Positions 8,921-17,064 of a stretch of DNA of 32,000 nucleotides are shown here, piece by piece. The notes below the pieces were generated by a model. The model was not told the DNA's origin. It did not search any database and was given only the letters and a program-made list of their open reading frames with translations. Position 1 is the stretch's first letter. Every line of letters begins with the position of its first letter. The translations under genes and the position numbers were made by a program. This stretch comes from Afipia sp. (GTDB lineage: Bacteria > Pseudomonadota > Alphaproteobacteria > Rhizobiales > Xanthobacteraceae), in assembly GCA_051954725.1 (NCBI GenBank), contig JBQCHK010000027.1:112269-144268 (forward strand), in the 5' to 3' direction.

Positions 8921-10881
8921 ATTCCGACCCCTACGAACCCACTGTTTGTCTTACGCAAATTGCGATAGCGCGCCAGTGCCCACAGCGGAAAGAACTTCGA
9001 ATAGCCGTGGTATCGCAGATAGAACACGCGCGGGAAACCCCCACCGGTGTAATGGCGCTCATGCCACAAACCGTTGTCCCCCTGCGCCTCTACTAGGTAC
9101 CTGATTCCCCGCTGGGTTGCCGGGTGATCGACCTGCCCGGCCGCCATCAGGGCGAGCGTTGCCCAGGCGGTCTGCGAGGCTGTCGTCTCGGACCGCTCGT
9201 AGCCCTGATAGTTCAACTTGTAACTATTTCCGTCCTCGCCCCAGCCGCCGTCGGTGTTCTGGATCGACGCCAGCCAATCGACCGCCTTGCGCATCATCGG
9301 ATCGTCGTGAGGCACGCCTGCGGCGTTGAGGGCGCACAGCACGGACCACGTGCCATAAATATAGTTCACGCCCCAGCGGCCGAACCATGACCCGTCCGCG
9401 AGCTGGCTGCGTCGAAGATAGTCGATGCCCCGCGCCAGGGCGGGTGAGTTCTCCACGGTATCGCCAAGCTGGGCCAGCATCGACACGCAACGCGCAGTGA
9501 CGTCATCGGTCGGCGGATCGAGCAGCGCGCCATGGTCGGAGAAAGGAATGTTGTTCAGATAGTATTCGAGATTGTCAGCGTCGAACGCGGCCCAGCCGCC
9601 ATCGACGCTCTGCAGCCCGAGAATCCATTCGCGGCCGCGCGCGATCGCTTCGTCGTACTTCGTGGCGCCATCCAGCTTTCGCGCGCGATCCATCGCCATG
9701 ACCACGACAGCAGTGTCGTCGAGATCTGGATAGTGTGCGTTGTTGTACTGGAACGCCCAGCCGCCCGGCCGCACGCCTGGTCGCTTCTCGATCCAGTCTC
9801 CCTCGACATCCAGCACCTGACGCGGCGCGAGCCATTCCAACGCGTCGTTCGCCGCCGCGACTTCGGTGTCGCTTCCGGATTCGAGCATGGCATGGGCCGT
9901 CAGAGCCGTATCCCACACCGGAGAAACGCAGGGCTGGCAATATGCCTCGTCGTCCTTGATCACGAGCAGGTTCTCGATCGACGTCCGCGCCAGCACATAA
10001 TGCGGATGATCCTTCGGATAGCCGAGCAGATCATACATCATCACGGTGTTGGCCATCGCCGGGAAAATCGCACCCAGTCCATCGACGCCATTGAGGCGTT
10101 CCGTAACGAACGCAACCGCCTTCTCGATCGAGCGCTGCCGGGTCTTCTTCGGAAACAGCGGATCGACGACACGCAGAATCTTGTCGAGAATATCGAAGCC
10201 GGTGAACCAGAGCTGGCTCTGGTGCGGCGCCTTCGGCGTCGGACCGATGGTCTTCGGGTCTTCGAGAAACAGTTCATCGATGCCGACGCCAAGCGGATTG
10301 CGCGCGCGCGGCTTCATCGTCATCAGCACCAGCAGCGGGACGATCACCGTCCGCGCCCAGTAGGAGATCTTGGTCAGGTGGAATGGAAACCAGCGCGGCA
10401 GCAGCATGATCTCCACCGGCATCACCGGCACCGCGCGCCAGGTCAGCACGCCGAACAGCGCCAGCATGATGCGGGTGAATACGTTGCTCTTGGCTGCCCC
10501 ACCACGCGCCAGCATCGCTTCGCGCGCTTTCACCATGTGCGGCGCGTCAACGGAATCTCCGATCATCTTGAGCGCGAAATATGCCTTCACGCTCGCGCTC
10601 ATATCGAACTCGTGGCCATAGAACAGCGACCAGCCGCCATTGTCGTTCTGGATGCGGCGCAGATAGTTTCCGATCTTCGCTTCCAGTTTGGCGTCAACCG
10701 GCTCGGCGAGATAGTGCCGCAGCAGAACGTACTCGGCCGGGATCGTTGCATCGGCTTCGAGCTCGAACACCCAATGACCATCATCCTTCCGGACATCGCG
10801 CACAGCACGGCTGGCCGAGAAAATGCTCTGCTCAAGAGCCTCGGCGGAAAGAGCGCTCGCGGTGGATCGGTCGATGGTCAT
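8917..10881 (-). CDS. shc: Squalene-hopene cyclase
   Basis: 654 aa. The catalytic DxDD motif appears in HYPDLDDTAVVVMAM. There are multiple QW-type repeats (e.g. RRIQNDNGGW, LGLQSVDGGW, RRSQLADGSW, ASIQNTDGGWGE, VEAQGDNGLW). The C-terminus is typical (GGFPRVFYLRYHGYSKFFPLWALARY). Confidence 0.97.
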   Translation of the reverse strand: MTIDRSTASALSAEALEQSIFSASRAVRDVRKDDGHWVFELEADATIPAEYVLLRHYLAEPVDAKLEAKIGNYLRRIQNDNGGWSLFYGHEFDMSASVKAYFALKMIGDSVDAPHMVKAREAMLARGGAAKSNVFTRIMLALFGVLTWRAVPVMPVEIMLLPRWFPFHLTKISYWARTVIVPLLVLMTMKPRARNPLGVGIDELFLEDPKTIGPTPKAPHQSQLWFTGFDILDKILRVVDPLFPKKTRQRSIEKAVAFVTERLNGVDGLGAIFPAMANTVMMYDLLGYPKDHPHYVLARTSIENLLVIKDDEAYCQPCVSPVWDTALTAHAMLESGSDTEVAAANDALEWLAPRQVLDVEGDWIEKRPGVRPGGWAFQYNNAHYPDLDDTAVVVMAMDRARKLDGATKYDEAIARGREWILGLQSVDGGWAAFDADNLEYYLNNIPFSDHGALLDPPTDDVTARCVSMLAQLGDTVENSPALARGIDYLRRSQLADGSWFGRWGVNYIYGTWSVLCALNAAGVPHDDPMMRKAVDWLASIQNTDGGWGEDGNSYKLNYQGYERSETTASQTAWATLALMAAGQVDHPATQRGIRYLVEAQGDNGLWHERHYTGGGFPRVFYLRYHGYSKFFPLWALARYRNLRKTNSGFVGVGM

Positions 10882-10911
10882 GATGGTCGGGGTACCTCAA
10901 GGCCAGTGAAA

Positions 10912-12174
10912 TCAAGGCATTTTAAGGACGAGATCGGCGGCGCGATCGCCGGAGCGGATCGATCCTTCAATGGTTGCCGGCAATCCCGTATCAGTCCAGT
11001 CACCGGCGAGGAACAGGTTTTTCCATGACGTGACCGGCCCTGGACGCATGGCATGTTGTTCCGGCGTCGCTTCAAATGTGGCGCGGCGCTCGCGCACGAT
11101 TTGCCAAGGCGGCAACGGCCCTTCGGCAATTTCGTTGCTGATTCCGGCAGCCTTGCAGATGTCCCGCCAGATGGACCGCGCGAGTTCCTCGCGAGGCACA
11201 TTCACAAGGCGCTCTGCATCGCTGATGGTGACCGACAGCCTGTCCGGGAACGCGAACAGCCATTCGATCAGGCCGCCGACGACGCCCATCATCGGCGGCA
11301 TATCTTTCGGCGGATCGTAGCGGAAATGCGCGTTGACGATGGGACGGAACTTGTTGGGACTGCTGAGATCGGGAACGAGCCCAGCCGCAGGCCGCGCCGG
11401 CACCGCCAGCACGACCGCATCGCCCTCATCAAGCGTGGTCCTGTCGCTGCCAAAATCGAGCCCAGATATCCGGCCGCCCGACATCTCGAGCCGATGAAGC
11501 TCATGTGTAAAATTCACCGTCGCGCCCTTCTCACGCAACAGATCAATCGCGGGCTCAACCAGCACCGCGCTGAGACCATCACGCGCGATCAGCGGCCGGC
11601 ATACCTGCCCGCCGGCCATCAGCGTTTCGCGCACGATCGCGCCGGCAAGACCCGCCGAGCCAAGTGGCGGATCGACGTTCAGCGCCGCAAGCAAGAGCGG
11701 CTGGATCAGCCTGTCGTAGAGCGTGCCCTTGCAGGCGATGGTGTCGCCGATCGCCTTGTCGGTCCCGGCCCAGACCAGCGGTGACAGCGCGAGATAATCC
11801 CCGATCGAGGTGTCCGGCACGCGACGCGTGCTATCGAACAACCAGAAAGGAAAGCGGCTGTCGCCGAGATCGAGCAGCCAGGTTTTGCCGCTCTTAAGAT
11901 CGACGAAATGAAACTGCGCGCGCTCCGGCCCGACAAGTCCTGCTTCGGTTCCGATCGAACGAGCATAAGCAACGGCGTGACGGTTACCTGACAGCACCAG
12001 ATGATTGCCGTTATCGATATTCAGGCCGACAGCGGAATCGAAATAGGAGCGGCAACGACCGCCAGCGCTCTTTGTCGCTTCATGAACGTGGACCTGCCAC
12101 CCCTCGCGCACGAGACGCACGGCGGCGGACAATCCGGACAGGCCCGCGCCAATGATATGAACGGTGCGCGGCAT
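10912..12174 (-). CDS. hpnE: Hydroxysqualene dehydroxylase HpnE (FAD-dependent amine-oxidase fold)
   Basis: 420 aa. The N-terminal dinucleotide-binding motif is VHIIGAGLSGLSAAVRL...HEATKSAGGRCRS. Its ATG overlaps the hpnD stop by 1 nt (TGATG on the minus strand at 12172-12176). It lies between hpnD and shc. Confidence 0.9.
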   Translation of the reverse strand: MPRTVHIIGAGLSGLSAAVRLVREGWQVHVHEATKSAGGRCRSYFDSAVGLNIDNGNHLVLSGNRHAVAYARSIGTEAGLVGPERAQFHFVDLKSGKTWLLDLGDSRFPFWLFDSTRRVPDTSIGDYLALSPLVWAGTDKAIGDTIACKGTLYDRLIQPLLLAALNVDPPLGSAGLAGAIVRETLMAGGQVCRPLIARDGLSAVLVEPAIDLLREKGATVNFTHELHRLEMSGGRISGLDFGSDRTTLDEGDAVVLAVPARPAAGLVPDLSSPNKFRPIVNAHFRYDPPKDMPPMMGVVGGLIEWLFAFPDRLSVTISDAERLVNVPREELARSIWRDICKAAGISNEIAEGPLPPWQIVRERRATFEATPEQHAMRPGPVTSWKNLFLAGDWTDTGLPATIEGSIRSGDRAADLVLKMP

Positions 12175-13001
12175 CAGATCACCGCGTATCGCAGAAGGAT
12201 CAGCATTTTGGCGGCCTTGCTCAGTTTGACCGGCTGGCGCGGCGGTGCGAACCCGCGCGTCACGAGCCGGTCGAGGATGGTATGGTAATATTTCGACATG
12301 ATCCGTGGCGCGCGCACACTACGTCGCGAATTGCGCGCCATGATCTCGTCGGACTTTGCGAAATGTTCGCGCGCCTGCGCAATCAACGGCGTGCACGCGT
12401 GTGCTACGTTGGTATCGGCGGCAACCACAACAGGATCGCTGGACGAGATCCCCGCCGCATGGAGTGCTTCGCGCGGAAGGTAAAGCCGACCGATGCCGGC
12501 ATCCTCGTCGATATCGCGCAGGATGTTGGTCAGTTGCAGTGCGCGGCCGAGATGATGCGCAAGAAGAAGGCCATCGTTTTCCGGCATGCCGAAGACACGC
12601 ACCGACAAGCGTCCGACGGCCGAGGCGACGCGATCGCAGTATAGATCAAGCGTTTTCTCGTCCGGCGCGCGAATATCGGCCGGAATATCCATTTCCATGC
12701 CGTCGATAATGGCGATGAAATCCTCGCGCTTGAGGCCGAACTGCTTCACCGGGCCGACGTAATCCTTCACTCGAGCTGGAGGATTGCCGGCGTAGAGCGC
12801 GTCGATATCGCGCCGCCATTGGTCGATATCCGCCAGCCGCGTCTCGCGCGGACCATCGGAATCCGCAATGTCATCGACCTGACGGCAGAAGCTGTAGATC
12901 TGAAACATCGCGTCGCGCTGCTCAGCCGGCAGAATGCGCATCGCCGCATAGAACGAACTGCCCGAAGCCGTGGTGGCCGGCGTGGTGTCCAAGGTGGTCA
13001 T
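12174..13001 (-). CDS. hpnD: Presqualene diphosphate synthase HpnD (squalene/phytoene synthase family)
   Basis: ORF 12174..13010 begins with TTG at 13010. I prefer the ATG at 13001 (MTTLDTTPATTASGSSFYAAMRILP...). Asp-rich motifs: FCRQVDDIADS and NILRDIDEDAGIGRLYLP. The hpnC stop (13007-13009) lies 5 nt upstream of this ATG. Confidence 0.92.
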   Translation of the reverse strand: MTTLDTTPATTASGSSFYAAMRILPAEQRDAMFQIYSFCRQVDDIADSDGPRETRLADIDQWRRDIDALYAGNPPARVKDYVGPVKQFGLKREDFIAIIDGMEMDIPADIRAPDEKTLDLYCDRVASAVGRLSVRVFGMPENDGLLLAHHLGRALQLTNILRDIDEDAGIGRLYLPREALHAAGISSSDPVVVAADTNVAHACTPLIAQAREHFAKSDEIMARNSRRSVRAPRIMSKYYHTILDRLVTRGFAPPRQPVKLSKAAKMLILLRYAVI

Positions 13002-13006
13002 GATGA

Positions 13007-13885
13007 TCAAGCGCCGGTTGAGATACGCGACACCGGCTTATGGCCAGTGGCGCGACGAAGGGTTTCACCGCTAACGCTGCGCGCTGCCAGACCAAGCATG
13101 GCAAACTTCGACAAATGGACGCGCTCGCTGAGCGGATCGCGCACCTGAAGCAGCTTCACGATCTTCTCGGCAAAGGCCTGGATCACGGCAATCTCGGCAC
13201 CAAGGCGCGCATCCTTGACCTGCCCGCTGAATGGCTTGCACTCGACCAGCAAAGTTTCGTTGCGCACGGCCAGTTTGCGGATGCAGTCGAGCAGTGGCGC
13301 TGACGCCTTTGCACTTCCGAGGGATTCGATCGAGGCGCCCGATGCGGCCATCGCATCGAGCGGAATATAGACGCGATCGAGATTGCGATAATCCTTGCCG
13401 CAATCCTGCAGATGATTGTTGATCTGAAGCGCTGCGCACAGAACGTCCGACGCCGCCCATGTCGAGCGGTCTTCCTCGTGGACATCGAGCATGAAGCGAC
13501 CGACCGGCATCGCCGAATAAGTGCAGTAATGAATCAACTCGTCCCAGTTCTGGTAACGCGTCTTGGTCACGTCGAGGCGAAACGCAACCAGCACGTCGAG
13601 CGCATGACGCGGTGACATCCCTCGCTCGGCCAGGGCGGCACGCAAGGCGAGCGCTTCGGGTTGGCCGCCCCCCTCACCGGTGAGATCGGCTTCCAGACGG
13701 TCGAGTTGATCGAGCTTTTCTTGTGGCGCGAGAGAAGCATGATCGGCGATGTCGTCGGCGGTGCGCACGAAATTATAGAAGGCAAGAATCAGCGCCCGGT
13801 GGCGCGGATGGATAATCCGCGACGCAACCGGGAAATTCTCGTCCTTGTGGCCTTTGCCGGAACGCAGCTCGCCTGCAGTGGTCAT
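13007..13885 (-). CDS. hpnC: Hydroxysqualene synthase HpnC (squalene/phytoene synthase family)
   Basis: This is the C-terminal 292 codons of the 439-aa ORF 13007..14326. I set the start at ATG 13885 (MTTAGELRSGKGHKDENFPVASRIIHP..., the family-typical N-terminus). The motif is VRTADDIADH. The ATG overlaps the hpnB stop (ATGA at 13882-13885). The upstream 147 codons overlap hpnB out of frame and are Arg/Pro/Gly-rich shadow sequence. Confidence 0.9.
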   Translation of the reverse strand: MTTAGELRSGKGHKDENFPVASRIIHPRHRALILAFYNFVRTADDIADHASLAPQEKLDQLDRLEADLTGEGGGQPEALALRAALAERGMSPRHALDVLVAFRLDVTKTRYQNWDELIHYCTYSAMPVGRFMLDVHEEDRSTWAASDVLCAALQINNHLQDCGKDYRNLDRVYIPLDAMAASGASIESLGSAKASAPLLDCIRKLAVRNETLLVECKPFSGQVKDARLGAEIAVIQAFAEKIVKLLQVRDPLSERVHLSKFAMLGLAARSVSGETLRRATGHKPVSRISTGA

Positions 13886-15042
13886 TGCGAGCGCGATACC
13901 TGGGCCTGGACCCGGCCCTTCCACAGCCCACCACGGCCGCGGACATGCTGATAGGCAGAGTTGATCGTGAACACCATGTAAGCCATTGCAATTGCTGGGA
14001 GAAAAAGCCCCCATATCGGGCTGCGGCCATAATACCGCAGGGTCGGCTGGAAGGCGAGCGCCATCAATAGCCATGAAAGCCCGGCAAATACACGGCTCCA
14101 GCCGTGACCAAACAGCGCGATCGCCACCGGCGCCGGAAACGCCAATGCCATGATCAGGACGGTCGCCATCACGATCAGGATCGAATACTGCAACTGAGCG
14201 AACGCCGTCCGTGAAATCATCCGCCCGATCGTGGGAATGTCCTCGGAGACGCGCACGCTTCTGACGTGGGGAGAGAAGCCGAGCCACACCGGGCCTTGCG
14301 TCTTGAGTTTGGCGCCCAGCGCGCAATCGTCGATCAGTTCATCCCGGATGGCCTGAATCCCGCCGATCGCCTTCAGCGCGTCCCATCGTGCGAGGATACA
14401 GCCCCCTGCCGCTGCTGCTGTCCGCCGCTTGCGATCGTTGACCCATGAAAACGGATAGAACATGCCGAAGAAGAAAATGAAGGACGGAATCAGGAAGCGC
14501 TCGGCGAAGCTCTCGCAACGCAGTTTGGCCATGACCGAAGCCATCGTCAGACCGCGCTCCTGCGCTCGCGCAACAAGCCGCATGACCACATCGCCTGAAT
14601 AGACAATATCTGCGTCGGTCAGCAGTACGAAGGTCGGCTGCACTTCGCGGCTCTCGACCTCATCCAGGCCATTCTTCACTGCCCATAATTTTCCGGTCCA
14701 GCCTGCGGGCAGATCCCGGCCCGGGATGACAGTGAGCCTGCCCGAAGCACCGATTGCATCGGCGGCGGCGCGCGCAATCTGCGCCGTTCCGTCCGTGCTC
14801 TGGTCATCGACCAGCACCACCGACAGTTCGCCGGGATAAGACTGCTGGAGGATCGAGGTGACACAGGCGCCGATGCTCTCGGCTTCATCACGTGCCGGCA
14901 CCACCGCGACGATCGGCGGCCAGACAGCGGAAGCAGGCTGCGGAGCAAGGTCGTTGTATCTGCGGGTCTGCCAGAAACGACCGTGACCGACGACAAGATA
15001 AATCCAGATCGCGAGACCGAGGGCGGCGAAAACGAGGGTCAT
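13882..15042 (-). CDS. hpnB: Family 2 glycosyltransferase, hopene-associated HpnB type (function unknown)
   Basis: ORF 13882..15090 has a GTG start. I prefer the ATG at 15042, giving MTLVFAALGLAIWIYLVVGHGRFW, an N-terminal TM helix as I remember for HpnB. GT2 hallmarks: VAVVPARDEAESIGACVTSIL...VVLVDDQSTDGT and the DxD-like LLTDADIVYS. The C-terminus has multiple TM helices. The stop overlaps the hpnC start. Confidence 0.8.
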   Translation of the reverse strand: MTLVFAALGLAIWIYLVVGHGRFWQTRRYNDLAPQPASAVWPPIVAVVPARDEAESIGACVTSILQQSYPGELSVVLVDDQSTDGTAQIARAAADAIGASGRLTVIPGRDLPAGWTGKLWAVKNGLDEVESREVQPTFVLLTDADIVYSGDVVMRLVARAQERGLTMASVMAKLRCESFAERFLIPSFIFFFGMFYPFSWVNDRKRRTAAAAGGCILARWDALKAIGGIQAIRDELIDDCALGAKLKTQGPVWLGFSPHVRSVRVSEDIPTIGRMISRTAFAQLQYSILIVMATVLIMALAFPAPVAIALFGHGWSRVFAGLSWLLMALAFQPTLRYYGRSPIWGLFLPAIAMAYMVFTINSAYQHVRGRGGLWKGRVQAQVSRSQ

Positions 15043-15207
15043 GGCAATGAGATCAATTTGGATACCGGCGACGGCCGGCCGTCGGCCCACAATCTAGCAG
15101 GCCAAATTGCTCATTCCATAGCCCGCTGCCCGTTGCAAGGCAGTCGAAAAAGCCGACCGGGCACCCTGATTGATAGCCGAAATTGCCCCAAAATGGCTGG
15201 CGCGCGC

Positions 15208-16794
15208 CTACTCCGCGGCTGCCGGTATTTCTCGCAATCTGGTCGAATAATAGGAGGCGTTTTGCTCACCGCCGGACGCTGCCCGGGCGAACATGATCAG
15301 GTGGTGGGCAACAAGGCCAACCTGAATGACACGCTCGATGTCGCCGGCCTTCAGGCGGGGCCAGGCGAACTGCCAGAACTCACTGCGATAATCGCTCTTC
15401 ACGCCGACCTGCCAGATGATATGCCGCATCATGGTCAGGGCCCGCTTGATATTGCGCCATGACAGGCGCTGCCTGCTGTTGGGCAGAGGAATCCGGTTGG
15501 GATAGGTCTCACGGACCTGATGCCAGAAGCGCGCGAACAGCTTGTCTGGGGTATAGGCACGCCCCATGCACTGACGCCACGTCGCCACGACATGATCGTA
15601 AGGCAGGAAAAACTCGACGTTGGAATCGCGATCCTCGCTCTCGTTCAGACGCCCTTCCCGCTTCAATCGGTCCCACAGCGGCGTCCGTGGCAAGGCCTGC
15701 AGCAGATTGATGGTCAACAATGGAATCTGGGATTGATCGATGAAATCGAGAATCGCTTCACCCGATTCCATCGTATCGGTGTCGAGGCCGAGAATAATGC
15801 CGGACACCACTTCCATTCCGTAGCTGTTCAGCGTTTTCACGCCTTCCAGGATCGGCACCATCATGTTGTGCTGCTTGGACATCGCCTTGAGCGCTTCCGG
15901 GTCCGGCGTTTCGATGCCGCAGAACACCGTGACGAAATAGGCATCGCGCATCAGCGACAGGATTTCCGGGCGCTTGGCAATGTTCAGCGTCGCCTCGCAG
16001 GCAAACTGCAATGCAAAACCGTTGCGCTTCTGCCAGGCAACGAGATGCGGCAGCAGTTCGAGCGCGGCGCGGCGATTGCCGATGAAATTGTCATCAACGA
16101 AATAAACCGATCCGGACAAGCCGCAAGCAAGCATCTTGTCGAGTTCGGCAAGCACCTGTTCTGGCGATTTGAGGCGTGGGTTGCGGCCATAGAGTGCGGG
16201 AATGTCGCAAAACTCGCACTGATAGGGACAGCCACTGGAAAACTGGATGCTGCCGAGAAAATATTTCCGCAGAGGAATCAGCTCGTATGCCGGCAGCGGA
16301 AATTCCGACATCTCGCGACGCTCTTGCGTCGTCAGCACCACCTGCCTTTCAGGCCGCGACGGATCGTCGGAAATACGCCTGAACAGTTCCTCGGTCGCAT
16401 CGCCCATCTCGCCGATATGGAGGTAATCGAAATCGGGATAATTCTCCGGGCACGCGCTGACCGAGGGCCCGCCTAGCGCAACGGCTCGATCGTGGTCGTG
16501 TGCCCTGCTGCAGATATCGTTGATCTGGCGACGCTGGATATGCATGCCACTGACGAACACCGCGTCGGCCCAGCGAAAATCATCCGCCGATGCCGCATGA
16601 ATGTTCTCGTCCACGAAACGAACGTCCCAGTTTTCCGGGACAGACGCCGCGATCAGCAACAGCCCCTGCGGCGGCATGAAGGCCTGCACGCCGTCAGTCA
16701 ATGGATAGGCATATTCAAAAGTACCGAATGAAGGAGAGTATTTTGGAAAAACGCAAAGAATGCGCCGGGTCGTCGTAAAAGCGTCTTTCTTCAT
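15208..16794 (-). CDS. hpnP: Class B (cobalamin-binding) radical SAM enzyme; probably hopanoid C-2 methyltransferase HpnP
   Basis: ORF 15208..16848, trimmed to ATG 16794 (MKKDAFTTTRRILCVFPKYSPSFGTFEYAYPL...). The N-terminal domain looks B12-binding (LLLIAASVP...ADAVFVSGMHIQ). The radical SAM motif is CPYQCEFC. The long C-terminal extension is of the DUF4070 kind. Its position directly upstream of hpnB-hpnC-hpnD-hpnE-shc and the EcfG-type promoter support HpnP. HpnR or another class B paralog cannot be excluded without an alignment. Confidence 0.7.
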   Translation of the reverse strand: MKKDAFTTTRRILCVFPKYSPSFGTFEYAYPLTDGVQAFMPPQGLLLIAASVPENWDVRFVDENIHAASADDFRWADAVFVSGMHIQRRQINDICSRAHDHDRAVALGGPSVSACPENYPDFDYLHIGEMGDATEELFRRISDDPSRPERQVVLTTQERREMSEFPLPAYELIPLRKYFLGSIQFSSGCPYQCEFCDIPALYGRNPRLKSPEQVLAELDKMLACGLSGSVYFVDDNFIGNRRAALELLPHLVAWQKRNGFALQFACEATLNIAKRPEILSLMRDAYFVTVFCGIETPDPEALKAMSKQHNMMVPILEGVKTLNSYGMEVVSGIILGLDTDTMESGEAILDFIDQSQIPLLTINLLQALPRTPLWDRLKREGRLNESEDRDSNVEFFLPYDHVVATWRQCMGRAYTPDKLFARFWHQVRETYPNRIPLPNSRQRLSWRNIKRALTMMRHIIWQVGVKSDYRSEFWQFAWPRLKAGDIERVIQVGLVAHHLIMFARAASGGEQNASYYSTRLREIPAAAE

Positions 16795-16912
16795 CGGCCC
16801 CCCTGCGACCAGAGCGTAGCGACTCGCGAGAACGACGGAAAACTCCAATCAGAATGGGGCACCCTGATGTCTCCTTGCCGTCACCCCCGCGATATCGAGT
16901 GCAACCCTGATC

Positions 16913-16937
16913 AACGCCGCAGCATACCCATCGTTCC
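16913..16937 (-). promoter_or_regulatory. Candidate EcfG (general stress response ECF sigma) promoter: GGAAC-N16-CGTT
   Basis: The minus strand 16937->16913 reads GGAAC gatgggtatgctgcgg CGTT. Both conserved blocks are exact with a 16-nt spacer. The orientation is toward the hpnP-like gene, and the -10 block lies about 120 nt upstream of ATG 16794. Confidence 0.55.
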
Positions 16938-17064
16938 GGCCGATCCCGGGTGAGTTCCGGGTGTTTGAAACGCAGGATCAGGAATCCACGGGAGATCGCT
17001 CCAGGCGTGCAGTTGACCGCGAACCGGAGTTCGACAATCCTCCGGCGCAACAACGGGAGGAAAC

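Noticed and set aside
13886-14326. A 147-codon N-terminal extension of hpnC, implied by the 439-aa ORF 13007..14326
   Set aside because: The extension lies entirely inside hpnB in another frame. It is Arg/Pro/Gly/Asp-rich shadow sequence with no squalene-synthase-like motifs. The family-typical N-terminus starts at ATG 13885, which forms an ATGA overlap with the hpnB stop.
15126-15143. A CTGCC-N8-GGCAG hairpin in the hpnP/hpnB spacer, considered as a terminator
   Set aside because: The stem is only 5 bp and no U-tract follows on the transcribed strand. This is insufficient to call an intrinsic terminator.
16866-16952. A 28-codon + strand ORF (MSPCRHPRDIECNPDQRRSIPIVPADPG) in the hpnP/oxidoreductase intergenic region
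   Set aside because: It has no Shine-Dalgarno, overlaps the predicted hpnP promoter and 5' UTR on the opposite strand, and has no supporting features.
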